A stretch of DNA of 64,000 bases from Candidatus Izemoplasmatales bacterium. GTDB taxonomy: Bacteria; Bacillota_I; Bacilli_A; Izemoplasmatales; Hujiaoplasmataceae. The translations under genes were made by a program, and so were the position numbers. Numbering within the stretch: the first letter of the stretch is position 1; the number at the start of each line of letters is the position of its first letter. The notes beneath the pieces were generated by a model, which did not search any database, was not told where the DNA came from, and saw nothing but the letters and a program-made list of their open reading frames with translations. Positions 28,312 through 38,757 of the stretch are shown piece after piece. The stretch is taken from NCBI GenBank assembly GCA_050949045.1, contig JBMNEZ010000001.1:160001-224000 (forward strand). Reading direction: 5' to 3'.

Positions 28312-30291
28312 TTATTTGCCGGTTTTGTTTTTCTTGGATGACAGATAGAGACTGTTGACTTTGTTGAGGCGGTCCATCACCTTCATTGCTTGTAAGCGGA
28401 AAGCCTCGATAGCCTGATCGTCAGCCGAATAGGGATCGTAGATAATCTCATAGCCATCGTTCGAGAACAGGGCATCGGTGAAGATAGATGAAAGTTTATG
28501 GGAGTAGAAAATCTGTTCTGATTCAAGGAACACCGAATCACCGAGATACTTGTCCTCATTGAAGGGGATGCCGAGGAGATCAAGGAGGGTGGGAACGATC
28601 ACATAGGGAGAAGTGAACTTGGTGATGCTGGTTGATTCGGTCTCAAAGTAATCCAGATATGTCTTTGTGAGGAGAGGATTGTAGATGCACATGAAAGTTT
28701 CATACATTTCGCTCCGGTAATACTCTTCGGCGGTCGTGTCGAAGATAGCGAGTGCCAGTTCATGATAGTAGACATTGTGATCACCATAGATGACGATGAT
28801 CGTATCTTCAATCAGGTGGTTTTCCTCCAAAGAAGCTAAAATTTTGCCAAGAGCAACGTCAAAATCCATGATCGCCGCCTGATAGTGTCTGATCCTGAGT
28901 TGATTTAACTCGGTGCTATCATAAAGAATGTTGAACCAAGTTCCGTCTTCCTTGGCTTGATCGATCAAATCAAAGTATCCGAGTTCCTCAAACAAAACTT
29001 GGTTCTCGGGTCCGTAATTATAAGGACCATGTGAAGAAAAAGAGGTCCAAAAAGAATAGAAGGGCCGATCAGTGTCGATTAATAAGGGCAGGATTTGATC
29101 GAGAGTGATGGAATCGAGAGTGTAATCACCGTCCCATTTTGGCAACGGCAGATCGGGATTAATCTCGTCATGAAAATAACAGTTTTCAAAACCAAGCATC
29201 GGCATCAAATCGCCGCGACCGTAAAAAGAAGGCTCATTGTCATGGAAATAAGAAGTGTTGTATGTGTCATTCAGTAATTCGGCGAGAGAGAACGAGAAAT
29301 CATAATCATAGAGCGAAGGGCTGAAGTTTACTGAAGGGTAGTTGCCGGCAATTGCAATCATCTCGGATTGATTGGTCTTGTTTTCCGAGTAGTTGTTGGC
29401 GAAATACAGCCCTTCGCGGGTCAGCCGATAAAGATTAGGCGTCAGATGCTCGTTGACGGCGAACGATTGTCCGGATTCGAGCATGATCGTGATGATGTTT
29501 TTGCCTTCAAGAAGACCGAAGAAAGGCGATTTTTCAAATACCAGCAGAGGGCCGGTGGTCTTTGTTGATTTGGTTGTCTCGATTGGAACTTTAGGTTCAG
29601 TCGTCACTAGGGGTTCTATCGGGATAGTCGCAGTCGGTTCCGGTTCACTGTCATCGATGAAATGGCTCAAAGCGATGATGTTTTGTGATTCCTTGAAATA
29701 GTATCCAAGTAGCCCATAACTTTCCAGATTCGCTCTTTTGAAAGCGGTAATATTCTCAATCTCATTGTATCTTTTCATCAAGGGAGTTTCGCTGGTGAAA
29801 TAACCGACAAGAACTAGGGCGATGAAAGCAAAAGCGACCAACGCGTTACGATAATAATTGGTGATTTTCGGACGTTTTTTGATGATGGTAATCAAAACGA
29901 TATTCACCGCGATAAAGACGAGCAATACAATAGTACCGGTGATAATGCTCGGGATGGAGAGAAAGTCGAAGTTGAAAACAGCTTGGGCTTCGTCGAGCAA
30001 CTGGAGTTGCTGGAGAGTGAACAGGTCGAAATTGACACCGTACATGGTCGCATTAATTAGAAACAATGACAAGATGAAAGTAAAAACAAGCGATAGATAA
30101 GCTAACGACAGTTTTAAAGATTTGATTAGGAAAATGACTGATGCCAGTCCCAAAGCTAACATAAAGTCGATAATAAGAAATTTGGGAAGGAAAGTGAAAT
30201 TGACCCAGCGGAACGTGATCGCCTCAATAATGATGAAGAACAAGAGGAAGCAAAGGATCACGCTGCCTTTTTGTAAAAGCAGTCTTTTCAT
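28312..30291 (-). CDS. LTA synthase / sulfatase-family membrane protein
   Basis: About 5 N-terminal TMs; MLES; catalytic-Thr-like NKTNQSE; SHGPY; YGDH. Confidence 0.85.
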   Translation of the reverse strand: MKRLLLQKGSVILCFLLFFIIIEAITFRWVNFTFLPKFLIIDFMLALGLASVIFLIKSLKLSLAYLSLVFTFILSLFLINATMYGVNFDLFTLQQLQLLDEAQAVFNFDFLSIPSIITGTIVLLVFIAVNIVLITIIKKRPKITNYYRNALVAFAFIALVLVGYFTSETPLMKRYNEIENITAFKRANLESYGLLGYYFKESQNIIALSHFIDDSEPEPTATIPIEPLVTTEPKVPIETTKSTKTTGPLLVFEKSPFFGLLEGKNIITIMLESGQSFAVNEHLTPNLYRLTREGLYFANNYSENKTNQSEMIAIAGNYPSVNFSPSLYDYDFSFSLAELLNDTYNTSYFHDNEPSFYGRGDLMPMLGFENCYFHDEINPDLPLPKWDGDYTLDSITLDQILPLLIDTDRPFYSFWTSFSSHGPYNYGPENQVLFEELGYFDLIDQAKEDGTWFNILYDSTELNQLRIRHYQAAIMDFDVALGKILASLEENHLIEDTIIVIYGDHNVYYHELALAIFDTTAEEYYRSEMYETFMCIYNPLLTKTYLDYFETESTSITKFTSPYVIVPTLLDLLGIPFNEDKYLGDSVFLESEQIFYSHKLSSIFTDALFSNDGYEIIYDPYSADDQAIEAFRLQAMKVMDRLNKVNSLYLSSKKNKTGK

Positions 30292-30395
30292 CGCGATACT
30301 CCTTAATTGAGAGTATTATAGCATTATCTTGTTTATTAATACACCAAATGCATTTATATTGGCAAGAAATATTTGTTATTTCCAGTAAAAAAGGG

Positions 30396-32186
30396 TCAGA
30401 TTCCGACCCTTTGTTTCAACAATTCAAGTTGCACTGCCAATGGTTCTGGCAACAAGTCTCCATATATTTTGTAGTGTTCCTCAATCAAGGCGATTTCCGC
30501 TTTCCAGGCATTCTTGTCGATCTCGAACAGTTGGTCGATTACTTCCCGGTCGATTTCGAGTCCTTCAAGATCGAGTTCTCCCGGCGCGGGGATGATGCCC
30601 ACCGGCGTGGGCGATCCCTTCGTCGTTCCTTCTGATTGCTCGAATACCCATTTGAGAACGCGGCTGTTTTCGCCGAAACCCGGCCAAAGATACTTTCCAT
30701 TCTTGGATTTGCGGAACCAGTTGATGCAGAAAATGAGCGGCAGTTTATCCTTCGAGGTGAGTTTACCCATCTTCAGCCAGTGCTCGATGTAATCGGCGAT
30801 ATGATAACCGATGAAAGGCAACATCGCAAAGGGATCGCGTCTGATTTTGCCGATTTGATCAGAGATGGTCGCGGCGGTGATCTCCGATCCCATGATCGAA
30901 CCGAGGAAGACGCCGTGTTCGTAATCGTAGCTTTGATAGATCAGAGGGATTGTCGTCGGCCTGCGGCCGCCAAACAGCATCGCCGCGATCGGAACTCCTT
31001 CGGGGTCTTCCCAGTTGTCGGCGATCGAGGGACAATTCCTTGCTGGAGCGGTGAAGCGGCAATTCGGATGGGCTGCTTTTGTCCCCAGATCGGGATACCA
31101 GTCGTTGCCGCGCCAGTCGATCAGGTGCGCCGGGGGCGTCTTAGTCATATCCTCCCACCAGACATCACCGTCATCGGTGAGAGCGACATTGGTGAAAATA
31201 GTGTCTTTCTCGATCGTCCTCATCGCATTCGGATTTGAATCCCACGAGGTTCCGGATGCGACTCCGAAAAATCCCGCCTCGGGATTGATGGCGTAGAGCC
31301 TGCCATCATCCTTGTATCTCAACCAAGCGATGTCATCGCCGATGGTTTCGGCTTTCCATCCTTGAAGCGTTGGCTTGATCATCGCCAAGTTGGTTTTTCC
31401 ACAGGCGCTCGGGAAGGCGCCGGTGATATATTTGACCTTTCCCTTTGGAGAAGTGAGTTTCAGTATCAGCATATGCTCTGCCAGCCAGTTTTCCCGGCGT
31501 CCCTGACAGGAGGCAATCCTCAGCGCGAAGCATTTCTTGCCGAGAAGCGCATTGCCGCCGTATCCGGAACCGTAGGACCAAATCATGTTTTCTTCAGGAA
31601 AATGCGCGATGAACTTGTTTTCAATCGGCGTGCATGGCCATAGGGGATCTTCTTGGCCGGGCAGAAGCGGATAGCCGACAGAATGGAGCCCCTTGACAAA
31701 ATCAGCGCCTTGATTGATGAGAGCGAGTACCTTGGCCCCGGTTCTCGTCATAATATGCATATTCAAAACGACATAAGGACTATCGGTTATTTCGACGCCG
31801 ATCTTGGAAAAGAGCGAACCGATCGGTCCCATTGAGAAGGGGATGACATACATGGTCCTTCCACGCATGGAGCCTTGATAATGCCGGTGCATCTCTTCTT
31901 TGAGAATATCGGAACGGATCCAGTTGTTGGTGGGGCCAGCGCTTTTTTCTTCCGCTGTCGCAATGAAAGTCCGTTGTTCAATCCTGGCGACGTCGGAAGG
32001 GTCGGTCCGGAACAAATAACAATTCTTACGGTACTTCTCATTGATTTTGATCGCTTTTTTGGCTTTTACCTGAGCCTGTATCAACTCGTCGTACTCTTTT
32101 TTTGTTCCGTTCCACCAGATGATTTTGTCCGGTTGGCACCAGGCTGCGGTCTCATTGATCCAATTTTTAAGGTGCTTGTTATTCAT
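30396..32186 (-). CDS. pckG: Phosphoenolpyruvate carboxykinase (GTP)
   Basis: GSGYGGNALLGKKCFALR, FPSACGKTNLAM, GDDIAW and NPEAGFFG motifs; start inferred from SD GGGAG. Confidence 0.95.
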   Translation of the reverse strand: MNNKHLKNWINETAAWCQPDKIIWWNGTKKEYDELIQAQVKAKKAIKINEKYRKNCYLFRTDPSDVARIEQRTFIATAEEKSAGPTNNWIRSDILKEEMHRHYQGSMRGRTMYVIPFSMGPIGSLFSKIGVEITDSPYVVLNMHIMTRTGAKVLALINQGADFVKGLHSVGYPLLPGQEDPLWPCTPIENKFIAHFPEENMIWSYGSGYGGNALLGKKCFALRIASCQGRRENWLAEHMLILKLTSPKGKVKYITGAFPSACGKTNLAMIKPTLQGWKAETIGDDIAWLRYKDDGRLYAINPEAGFFGVASGTSWDSNPNAMRTIEKDTIFTNVALTDDGDVWWEDMTKTPPAHLIDWRGNDWYPDLGTKAAHPNCRFTAPARNCPSIADNWEDPEGVPIAAMLFGGRRPTTIPLIYQSYDYEHGVFLGSIMGSEITAATISDQIGKIRRDPFAMLPFIGYHIADYIEHWLKMGKLTSKDKLPLIFCINWFRKSKNGKYLWPGFGENSRVLKWVFEQSEGTTKGSPTPVGIIPAPGELDLEGLEIDREVIDQLFEIDKNAWKAEIALIEEHYKIYGDLLPEPLAVQLELLKQRVGI

Positions 32187-32288
32187 TCTGCTGGCTCCCA
32201 TCGTTGTTTTTGATCCAGATAATCTAAGAATGATCATACCTTTTTACGGCGAATAATGCTATAATAATTTTAAAAAGAGGCTGATAAT

Positions 32289-33038
32289 ATGGAAAAAAGT
32301 ATAGCATTACTCATTGATGCGGAGAACATATCGCCGAATTACATCGAGATTATCATCGACGAGGCAAACAAGGCGGGCAAAATCAATTACCGCCGGGTCT
32401 ACGGAGATTGGACCACGCCCCAACTGAATCCCTGGAAACAAAAAATCAGTGAATTCGGTTTGACACCTATCCAACAATACGCCCACACTTCCGGGAAGAA
32501 CGCCTCGGATTTCACACTGGTCATCGACGCAATGGACATCCTTTACTCCGGCAAGGTCAACAGTTTCTGCATCGTCTCCTCTGACAGCGATTTTACGAAA
32601 CTCGTCACCAGGCTCCGTGAAGACGATATGTTCGTCTTCGGCATGGGCGAGAGCAAGACACCGATCTCGCTTGTGAATTCCTGTGAGACTTTCGCCTATT
32701 TGGATAAAATGCTCGAAGCGAGCAAGGAAAAGGAAGCCAAGGAAAAGAAAAAAGAGCCTGCCACTCCCAAGAAAACAAACAGCAAACCCAAACAAGAGAG
32801 TTCGATCACGCCGCTTGCAAAGGTCAAAGCCGAATTAAAAAACATCATCAACGAAAATGCCGAGGATGATGGTTGGGCTTACTGGAGTTTGGTAACTCAG
32901 TTTTTGCTTAAAAAGTATCCTGGATTCCATCCGCGGAATTATGGCGACAACATCAAGCCGCTGGCATTCTTCCAGAGGATGAAAGAATTCGAAGTGAAGA
33001 AAATCAACACCGTGATTCATATCCGCAACAAAGAGTAA
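32289..33038 (+). CDS. NYN domain protein with C-terminal LOTUS/OST-HTH
   Basis: IDAEN, RRVYGDW, GKNASD, VSSDSDF and FHPRNYG motifs. Confidence 0.9.
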   Translation: MEKSIALLIDAENISPNYIEIIIDEANKAGKINYRRVYGDWTTPQLNPWKQKISEFGLTPIQQYAHTSGKNASDFTLVIDAMDILYSGKVNSFCIVSSDSDFTKLVTRLREDDMFVFGMGESKTPISLVNSCETFAYLDKMLEASKEKEAKEKKKEPATPKKTNSKPKQESSITPLAKVKAELKNIINENAEDDGWAYWSLVTQFLLKKYPGFHPRNYGDNIKPLAFFQRMKEFEVKKINTVIHIRNKE

Positions 33039-33042
33039 AGAA

Positions 33043-33068
33043 CGCATCGGCCCAGCCGATGTTTTTTG
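33043..33068 (+). terminator. Intrinsic terminator
   Basis: CATCGG-cccag-CCGATG followed by TTTTTT. Confidence 0.7.
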
Positions 33069-33348
33069 TAAGGCGAATTCATCAGATACAGAAGATCAAA
33101 ATAATTGATTTCCGCTCTCAATAATGTCTTTAGAGTTTTTTGGTGGCTTTGATGACAATATTGTGATCGTAAGAATTATTGACATTGAACAAGTCAAAAA
33201 TGTTTTTCCCTATATTTTGTGAAGATGTCGCATATTCCGACTGAAGCGAAGGCGCTTATCGAACCGATCATTCTTGCCGTTCCGGAGTTTATCCACTCCA
33301 AAACCAAAATAGTTGTTTTGACTTTATGTTTCTTTATTTGCACTTTTG

Positions 33349-34281
33349 TCAGTTGTGAATAAGGGTGCCTGCACAGCCTTTAAGAGCGTCGGCCACCTGT
33401 TCTAGGGCGGCGATGATGGCTGTCCTTTTGGTGTTGTTATCGAGAAACAGAAGCGCGGCTTCGATTTTTGGCAACATGCTGCCGCGGAGAAAATGACCTT
33501 CGCTGATCAACTTTTTGAGAGCGGTGGCGCTGATATCATCAATGCTTTGCTGGTTCGGCTGGTTGAAATTAATCTTTACTTTGTCGATCGCGGTAAGAAT
33601 GATCAATGAGTTGGCATCGAGCAAGTCTGCGAGTTTCGCGCTCGCGAAATCTTTGTCGATGACAGCGGGAACACCGACATAACGGTTATCATCTTTGACT
33701 ACGGGGATGCCCCCGCCGCCAACGGCGATGACGATATGTCCGGCTTCGACCAAGGTCCTGATGATGTTGATTTCCACGATGTCGATCGGTTTTGGGCTTG
33801 CGACCACTCGACGATAGCCGCGATTGGCATCCTCTTTCATGATGTATCCGCGCGCCTTTTCGAGTTGATCGGCTGTCTCTTTTGAGTAAAAGGCGCCGAT
33901 TGGTTTGGTTGGATCAGAAAAAGCTATGTCATCGGGATCGACTTCTACTTGGGTGATCACCGTCGCAACGTTTTTATCGATTCCTTGTTTGGCAAGTTCA
34001 GCCTGCAAGGCGTTTTGCAGGTGGAAGCCGATGTAGCCCTGACTCATCGCTCCGCATTCAGGGAAAGGCATCTCCGGTAGATAATTGTCGGTTAAAGGCG
34101 CGGCTTCGAACGCAAGATTGATCATGCCAACCTGGGGACCGTTGCCATGGGTAAGGATGACTTGATGGCCTTCCTTGATCAATTCGACGATGGGCTTGAC
34201 CGCTTGGATGACTTTTTCTTTTTGTTCTTTCGGGGTATTTCCCAAGGCGTTTCCGCCAAGGGCGACGACGACACGTTTCAT
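33349..34281 (-). CDS. arcC: Carbamate kinase
   Basis: ALGGNAL, THGNGPQVG, PTKPIG, GYRRVVASP, AVIDKD and GSMLPK motifs. Confidence 0.95.
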   Translation of the reverse strand: MKRVVVALGGNALGNTPKEQKEKVIQAVKPIVELIKEGHQVILTHGNGPQVGMINLAFEAAPLTDNYLPEMPFPECGAMSQGYIGFHLQNALQAELAKQGIDKNVATVITQVEVDPDDIAFSDPTKPIGAFYSKETADQLEKARGYIMKEDANRGYRRVVASPKPIDIVEINIIRTLVEAGHIVIAVGGGGIPVVKDDNRYVGVPAVIDKDFASAKLADLLDANSLIILTAIDKVKINFNQPNQQSIDDISATALKKLISEGHFLRGSMLPKIEAALLFLDNNTKRTAIIAALEQVADALKGCAGTLIHN

Positions 34282-34364
34282 AGTTTTTCTCCATCAGTGT
34301 GGCGTGTATAAAGGCTTTATTGATAGGCAAACGGTTTCTTATCTATATTTCCGGTGACATACAT

Positions 34365-34378
34365 TGAAACGCTTTACC
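34365..34378 (-). promoter_or_regulatory. cre-like site upstream of arcC
   Basis: Minus strand GGTAAAGCGTTTCA. Confidence 0.55.
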
Positions 34379-34589
34379 GTTTTCGCCTTCTTCGGCTTCT
34401 AGTATTTTCAACAGTTTTTCGTGGTATCTCACACCAAAAAAGAATGAGTCTTTTTTGTTAAAAATTATAACATGAAGCTCTTTCAAAGGTATACGTTAAA
34501 AAACCATAATTTCCCACTTGTCGTTTCTTGGGCATGTGTTTTGCATCCATATCCCTTATTTAGTATAATAATAACCGAGGTGATAAAAA

Positions 34590-34982
34590 ATGGCAACTGA
34601 TACAATTCTTACAAAATGGAACAGCGATTTCGAAGGGGTCATGGAAGCCCCTAAAGGCAAGATTCTTCTCGGGGACCAGCCGAGTGGATTATCTCCATAC
34701 AATCTATTGTTTGGGGCCTTGGCATCCTGTTTCTACGCGACCTTTCTTTCGATTGCCGATAAGAAAAAATTGTCTTTCACATCCGCAACCGTTGAAGTTT
34801 CGGGAAAAAAACGCGAAGACAAAATCGCTACACTCGAGTATGTCAAAATGATCCTGACTATCAAGGATGCGAGCGACCAAAAGCAAATATTGAGGAGCGC
34901 TGAATTGGGAGCAGAGTACTGTTCGATCCACGCAACCATCAGCAAAGTCGCTAAAATCGATCTTGAGGTCAGATTTGACTGA
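34590..34982 (+). CDS. OsmC/YhfA-family protein
   Basis: SPYNLLFGALASC and YCSIHATI cysteine pair. Confidence 0.85.
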   Translation: MATDTILTKWNSDFEGVMEAPKGKILLGDQPSGLSPYNLLFGALASCFYATFLSIADKKKLSFTSATVEVSGKKREDKIATLEYVKMILTIKDASDQKQILRSAELGAEYCSIHATISKVAKIDLEVRFD

Positions 34983-35630
34983 CAGGCTAATGGAAAACCA
35001 GCGAATATTTTTGAGGTCGTTGACACAGAAAGCAAGTTTTGATTTTTTATTAACACGTTTAATATGTCAATTCAAGTTAGAATGATATTTTATTGAAAAA
35101 AGTTCGATCTTTTTACCTTTAAAATCGTATACCGCCAGTTATAGCTTTTAAGCATATCGAATTATAGATAGAAACAATTCTTAAGGCTAACGAAGATAAG
35201 GAAAGATGACGAAAAAAGTTTGCTACTATCATTTGTTTTCGTTAATGATTTTTAATATTCATAGTAATATCCACATGCCTTATCTTATTAGCGGTACCTT
35301 TTATAAATAACTTGTTTTTACCATAACAATAGCGTTGAATTTGATTTAAATGGCATACTTATATTACTTTGAGTTGTATTCCCTATTACATATATGGTTA
35401 GAAAGGAATGATTTAGCGCAGGACTGACATAATCGAAGCTAGTATTCGTATGTTGACAATCGGCATTTTGAAGTTTTTAAAAAAACTGTAAAAGAAACTT
35501 TCGAGGCGCTAATTTCAATAGCCTGTTGGGGCAACACAATAAAAAAAGCCTTTTAACGTTAACGCTTTTATTAAGTCTCAAAATGAAAAATCGCAATATT
35601 TGGACGTCAAATGGCAAAAAAACGTCAAAA

Positions 35631-35696
35631 AGAAAGCGTTATCACTTAAAAAAATGTATTTATCTTATTGACTTTGCCATTGCTTTCATATATAAT
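35631..35696 (+). promoter_or_regulatory. cre site plus SigA promoter of the opp operon
   Basis: AGAAAGCGTTATCA at 35631-35644; TTGACT-17 nt-TATAAT at 35668-35696. Confidence 0.8.
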
Positions 35697-35743
35697 ATTT
35701 ATATATTCGAGAAGAATAAATTTTTCACAAGGAGAGAAAAAAT

Positions 35744-37663
35744 ATGAAGAAAATATTAGCTTTGTTTTCCACGTTGGTGCTTGCGGTAACTCTGTTTGCA
35801 TGTCAACAAGTGACAACAACCGTTCCCTTGACCACAGCAGTGCCAACAACATCAGCTCCAACGACAACGGCTGCCCCCCTCAAATATTCTGAGGGCGTCA
35901 AATTTGAAGGCGTCAAGCTTCTTGGAGACTACAAATTCTCGTTGACAATTGATCCTGAGGAACTCCCATATTTCTATGAGACTGCCTATGCTGCTGTCGG
36001 GCCAATGCCGATGCATGTTCTCGCTCCAAGTTTCGCGGTCATCGAGTCTGATGATGATGGCGCGACCTTGGTTGGTGGCTTTGGTAAGATTGATGACATC
36101 ATTGCTCTTGATGGTTATCGCTACTATCCGACTGTTACTGCAGGGCCGTACAAGTTTGTCAGCTTTGTCAACCAAGTTGTCACACTTGAAATTGACCCGT
36201 TATTCAAAGGCGACTTCGAAGGTAACAAACCAGTTATTGAGAAAGTTATTCAAAGAAGAGTTAACCAGACACTTGATGTCGAACAGGTTATTTCTGGTGA
36301 AATTGATCTCGTTACTGGTGTCATCGAAGGTGAGAAGATTGAAGCTGCTCAAAACGCTACTACCGCAAGTGCAGATTACTACACTCGTAATGGATATGGC
36401 TTGCTCGCTATGACTTGCGATTTTGGCCCTACAAAAGATGTCAAAGTCCGTCAAGCGATTGCTTACATCACTGACCGTCAACACGTTGCTGACGTTGTCC
36501 TCGGTGGTTATGGTTCAGTTGTTTATAGCGAGTATGGCTTGGCACAATGGATGTATCAAGAAGCTTCAGAAGACAAAGAATGGGAAGATTCAATCAACGA
36601 ATACGCGTTCAGCATTGACGCTGCTAATGAACTTCTTGACCAAACTGAGTGGAAGTACGAATCCGACGGAACTACTGCATGGGATTCCTCTAAAGCTACT
36701 GCGACAAACGAATACTATCGATATAATGCCGATAAAGAAGTTCTCACAATCAAGCATTTTGGTACCGAAAACAATAATGTTACAACTTCATTGAGAGACA
36801 AGTTCGTTTTGAATATGCCACTTTGTGGTATGAAATACGAAATTACCATTGGCACGTTCGATACTTTACTTAATCACTACTACTTCGGATTTCAACTTGG
36901 CGCCGACAGAACCTATTGCTTGTTCAACCTTGCCACCAATTTTGGTACAAATTATGATCCCTATTATAGTTGGCATAGTGATTGGCTCAATACTTGGTAC
37001 AATGGCCAGGGCATGAGCAATGAAGACCTTGATGAATTGATGGTTTCTATGAGACAACTTGATCCGGAACAAAGAGATGAATATCTTGTGTTATGGAAAC
37101 AATATCAAATTCTCTGGAATGAATTGATTCCAAACGTTCCTTTGTATTCGAACCAATATTTTGATGTTTTTGACAAGAACCTCAAGACCAAAGCTGTTGG
37201 TTATACCGGTATTGGCACAACCTCATTCTTTGATTGGACCGCTGCTATCACGACTATGACATATGAAGTTGACACTCCCAATGACGTTCTTATTCATGGC
37301 GTTCCAGAAATGAACGGTGAGTTTATGTCCGGATTTGGCAACAGTGCTTATGACAACAACGTCAGAAGTTTGATTTATGGCTATGGTACATATGCAGTTA
37401 ATCGTGGTGGTGAGATCGTTTTGAATGAAACGGTTGTTAAAGACCTCGATGTTGTTAAAAACGAAGATGGTTCCAAAACCTATACTTTCACTATTTATGA
37501 TGATCTTTATTGGTCTGATGGTGTTGGAATTACCGCTGCTGACTTTGTGTTTGCGATCCTGTTCTCAGGCTCACAAGAATGGCTCAGAGCTGGCGCTACT
37601 TCAACTGCTGGCGAGGGCTTGGTCGGCTACATGAAATACCATGCTGGTGAACCCAAAGAATAA
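35744..37663 (+). CDS. oppA: Family-5 ABC substrate-binding lipoprotein, apparently circularly permuted
   Basis: Lipobox LFAC; TAGPYKF, VRQAIAY and IPNVPLY motifs; TYTFTI..WSDG..ITAADFVF located at the C-terminus. Confidence 0.88.
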   Translation: MKKILALFSTLVLAVTLFACQQVTTTVPLTTAVPTTSAPTTTAAPLKYSEGVKFEGVKLLGDYKFSLTIDPEELPYFYETAYAAVGPMPMHVLAPSFAVIESDDDGATLVGGFGKIDDIIALDGYRYYPTVTAGPYKFVSFVNQVVTLEIDPLFKGDFEGNKPVIEKVIQRRVNQTLDVEQVISGEIDLVTGVIEGEKIEAAQNATTASADYYTRNGYGLLAMTCDFGPTKDVKVRQAIAYITDRQHVADVVLGGYGSVVYSEYGLAQWMYQEASEDKEWEDSINEYAFSIDAANELLDQTEWKYESDGTTAWDSSKATATNEYYRYNADKEVLTIKHFGTENNNVTTSLRDKFVLNMPLCGMKYEITIGTFDTLLNHYYFGFQLGADRTYCLFNLATNFGTNYDPYYSWHSDWLNTWYNGQGMSNEDLDELMVSMRQLDPEQRDEYLVLWKQYQILWNELIPNVPLYSNQYFDVFDKNLKTKAVGYTGIGTTSFFDWTAAITTMTYEVDTPNDVLIHGVPEMNGEFMSGFGNSAYDNNVRSLIYGYGTYAVNRGGEIVLNETVVKDLDVVKNEDGSKTYTFTIYDDLYWSDGVGITAADFVFAILFSGSQEWLRAGATSTAGEGLVGYMKYHAGEPKE

Positions 37664-37721
37664 TAAAATCCACTGTTTTGCTTAATAAGTGATTCTTTGA
37701 AAGAGTATTTTCGATGAAAAA

Positions 37722-37755
37722 AAGGGAGAGTAGCACCTATACTCTCCCTAGTTTT
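37722..37755 (+). terminator. Intercistronic hairpin between oppA and oppB
   Basis: AGGGAGAGTA...TACTCTCCCT stem followed by GTTTT. Confidence 0.65.
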
Positions 37756-37772
37756 CGAAAAAGGAGAGTACT

Positions 37773-38747
37773 ATGCTAAAATTTTTTGGGAGGAGAATTC
37801 TTTCTTTGATCCCAGTTGTTATTGTGATCTCGATCATGTTATTTGTTATCATGAAAATGATGCCTGGGGATCCAGTAAGATACATGTTGCCTCCCGGATT
37901 GATTCGCGATCCAGAAATATATCAAATGCTCTATGATCAAGCATACACCAAATTAGGGCTTGATAAATCGTTGCCTGAACAATACTTGCTTTGGATGAAA
38001 AAAATGTTTACGGGTGATTTCGGCTATTCTTCTTATTGGCAACAAGAAGCAATAGAAGTAATCAAGGAACCTTTAGTCAATAGCATTTTGATCAATGCAT
38101 TTTCGATTGGAATTGCTTTTCTGATTTCCATTCCAGTTGGCATCAAATCTGCAGTCAAGAAAGATTCGCTCACCGACCGAGGTTGGCAAGTGTTATCTCT
38201 TTTTGGTATGTCGATGCCAACATTTTTTATTGGCTTGACCCTAATCTTTTGGTTTTCGTTGAAATTGGGTTGGTTTCCTTCTGGGGGTATGCCATATGAA
38301 GCGCCAGGAACAGCTGACTTTTACCTTTCCTATCTAAAATACTTGATTTTACCGGTTGTCACCCTCACAATCGGCGCACTTGCGGGAACGATTCGTTATG
38401 TTAGAGGATCGATGCTCGAGGCGCTCAGCAAAGACTATATACGAACTGCCAGGGCTAAGGGATTACGAGAGAAAGTTGTTATTTATACTCACGCTTTCCG
38501 AAACGCTTTGATTCCTGTTGTCACTATTATGTCGTTTTCGATCATAGGTTTGTTCGGAGGCTCTGCAATCACTGAACAAATTTTCGTTTGGAATGGCATC
38601 GGCACCGTGCTGATCAAAGCTTTGAATAATAAGGATTACAATGTTGTATTGTTAATGAATATGTTCTATGCCGTATTGTCTCTTGCGGCAAACATAATAA
38701 TGGATATAAGTTATGCGCTGGTAGACCCGCGTGTTAAGGTGGAGTAG
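37773..38747 (+). CDS. oppB: Oligopeptide ABC permease
   Basis: PGDP, GDFGYS, DYIRTARAKGL, HAFRNAL and DPRV motifs. Confidence 0.93.
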   Translation: MLKFFGRRILSLIPVVIVISIMLFVIMKMMPGDPVRYMLPPGLIRDPEIYQMLYDQAYTKLGLDKSLPEQYLLWMKKMFTGDFGYSSYWQQEAIEVIKEPLVNSILINAFSIGIAFLISIPVGIKSAVKKDSLTDRGWQVLSLFGMSMPTFFIGLTLIFWFSLKLGWFPSGGMPYEAPGTADFYLSYLKYLILPVVTLTIGALAGTIRYVRGSMLEALSKDYIRTARAKGLREKVVIYTHAFRNALIPVVTIMSFSIIGLFGGSAITEQIFVWNGIGTVLIKALNNKDYNVVLLMNMFYAVLSLAANIIMDISYALVDPRVKVE

Positions 38748-38757
38748 GAGCGAAGAT

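Noticed and set aside
32289..33038. NYN protein as a toxin or defence system
   Set aside because: Solitary gene with its own terminator and no partner; a common family
33180..33348. Short ORF MSHIPTEAKALIEPIILAVP as a gene fragment
   Set aside because: No SD and no family I could recognise
34983..35630. Replication origin
   Set aside because: No cluster of TTATCCACA boxes and no dnaA context
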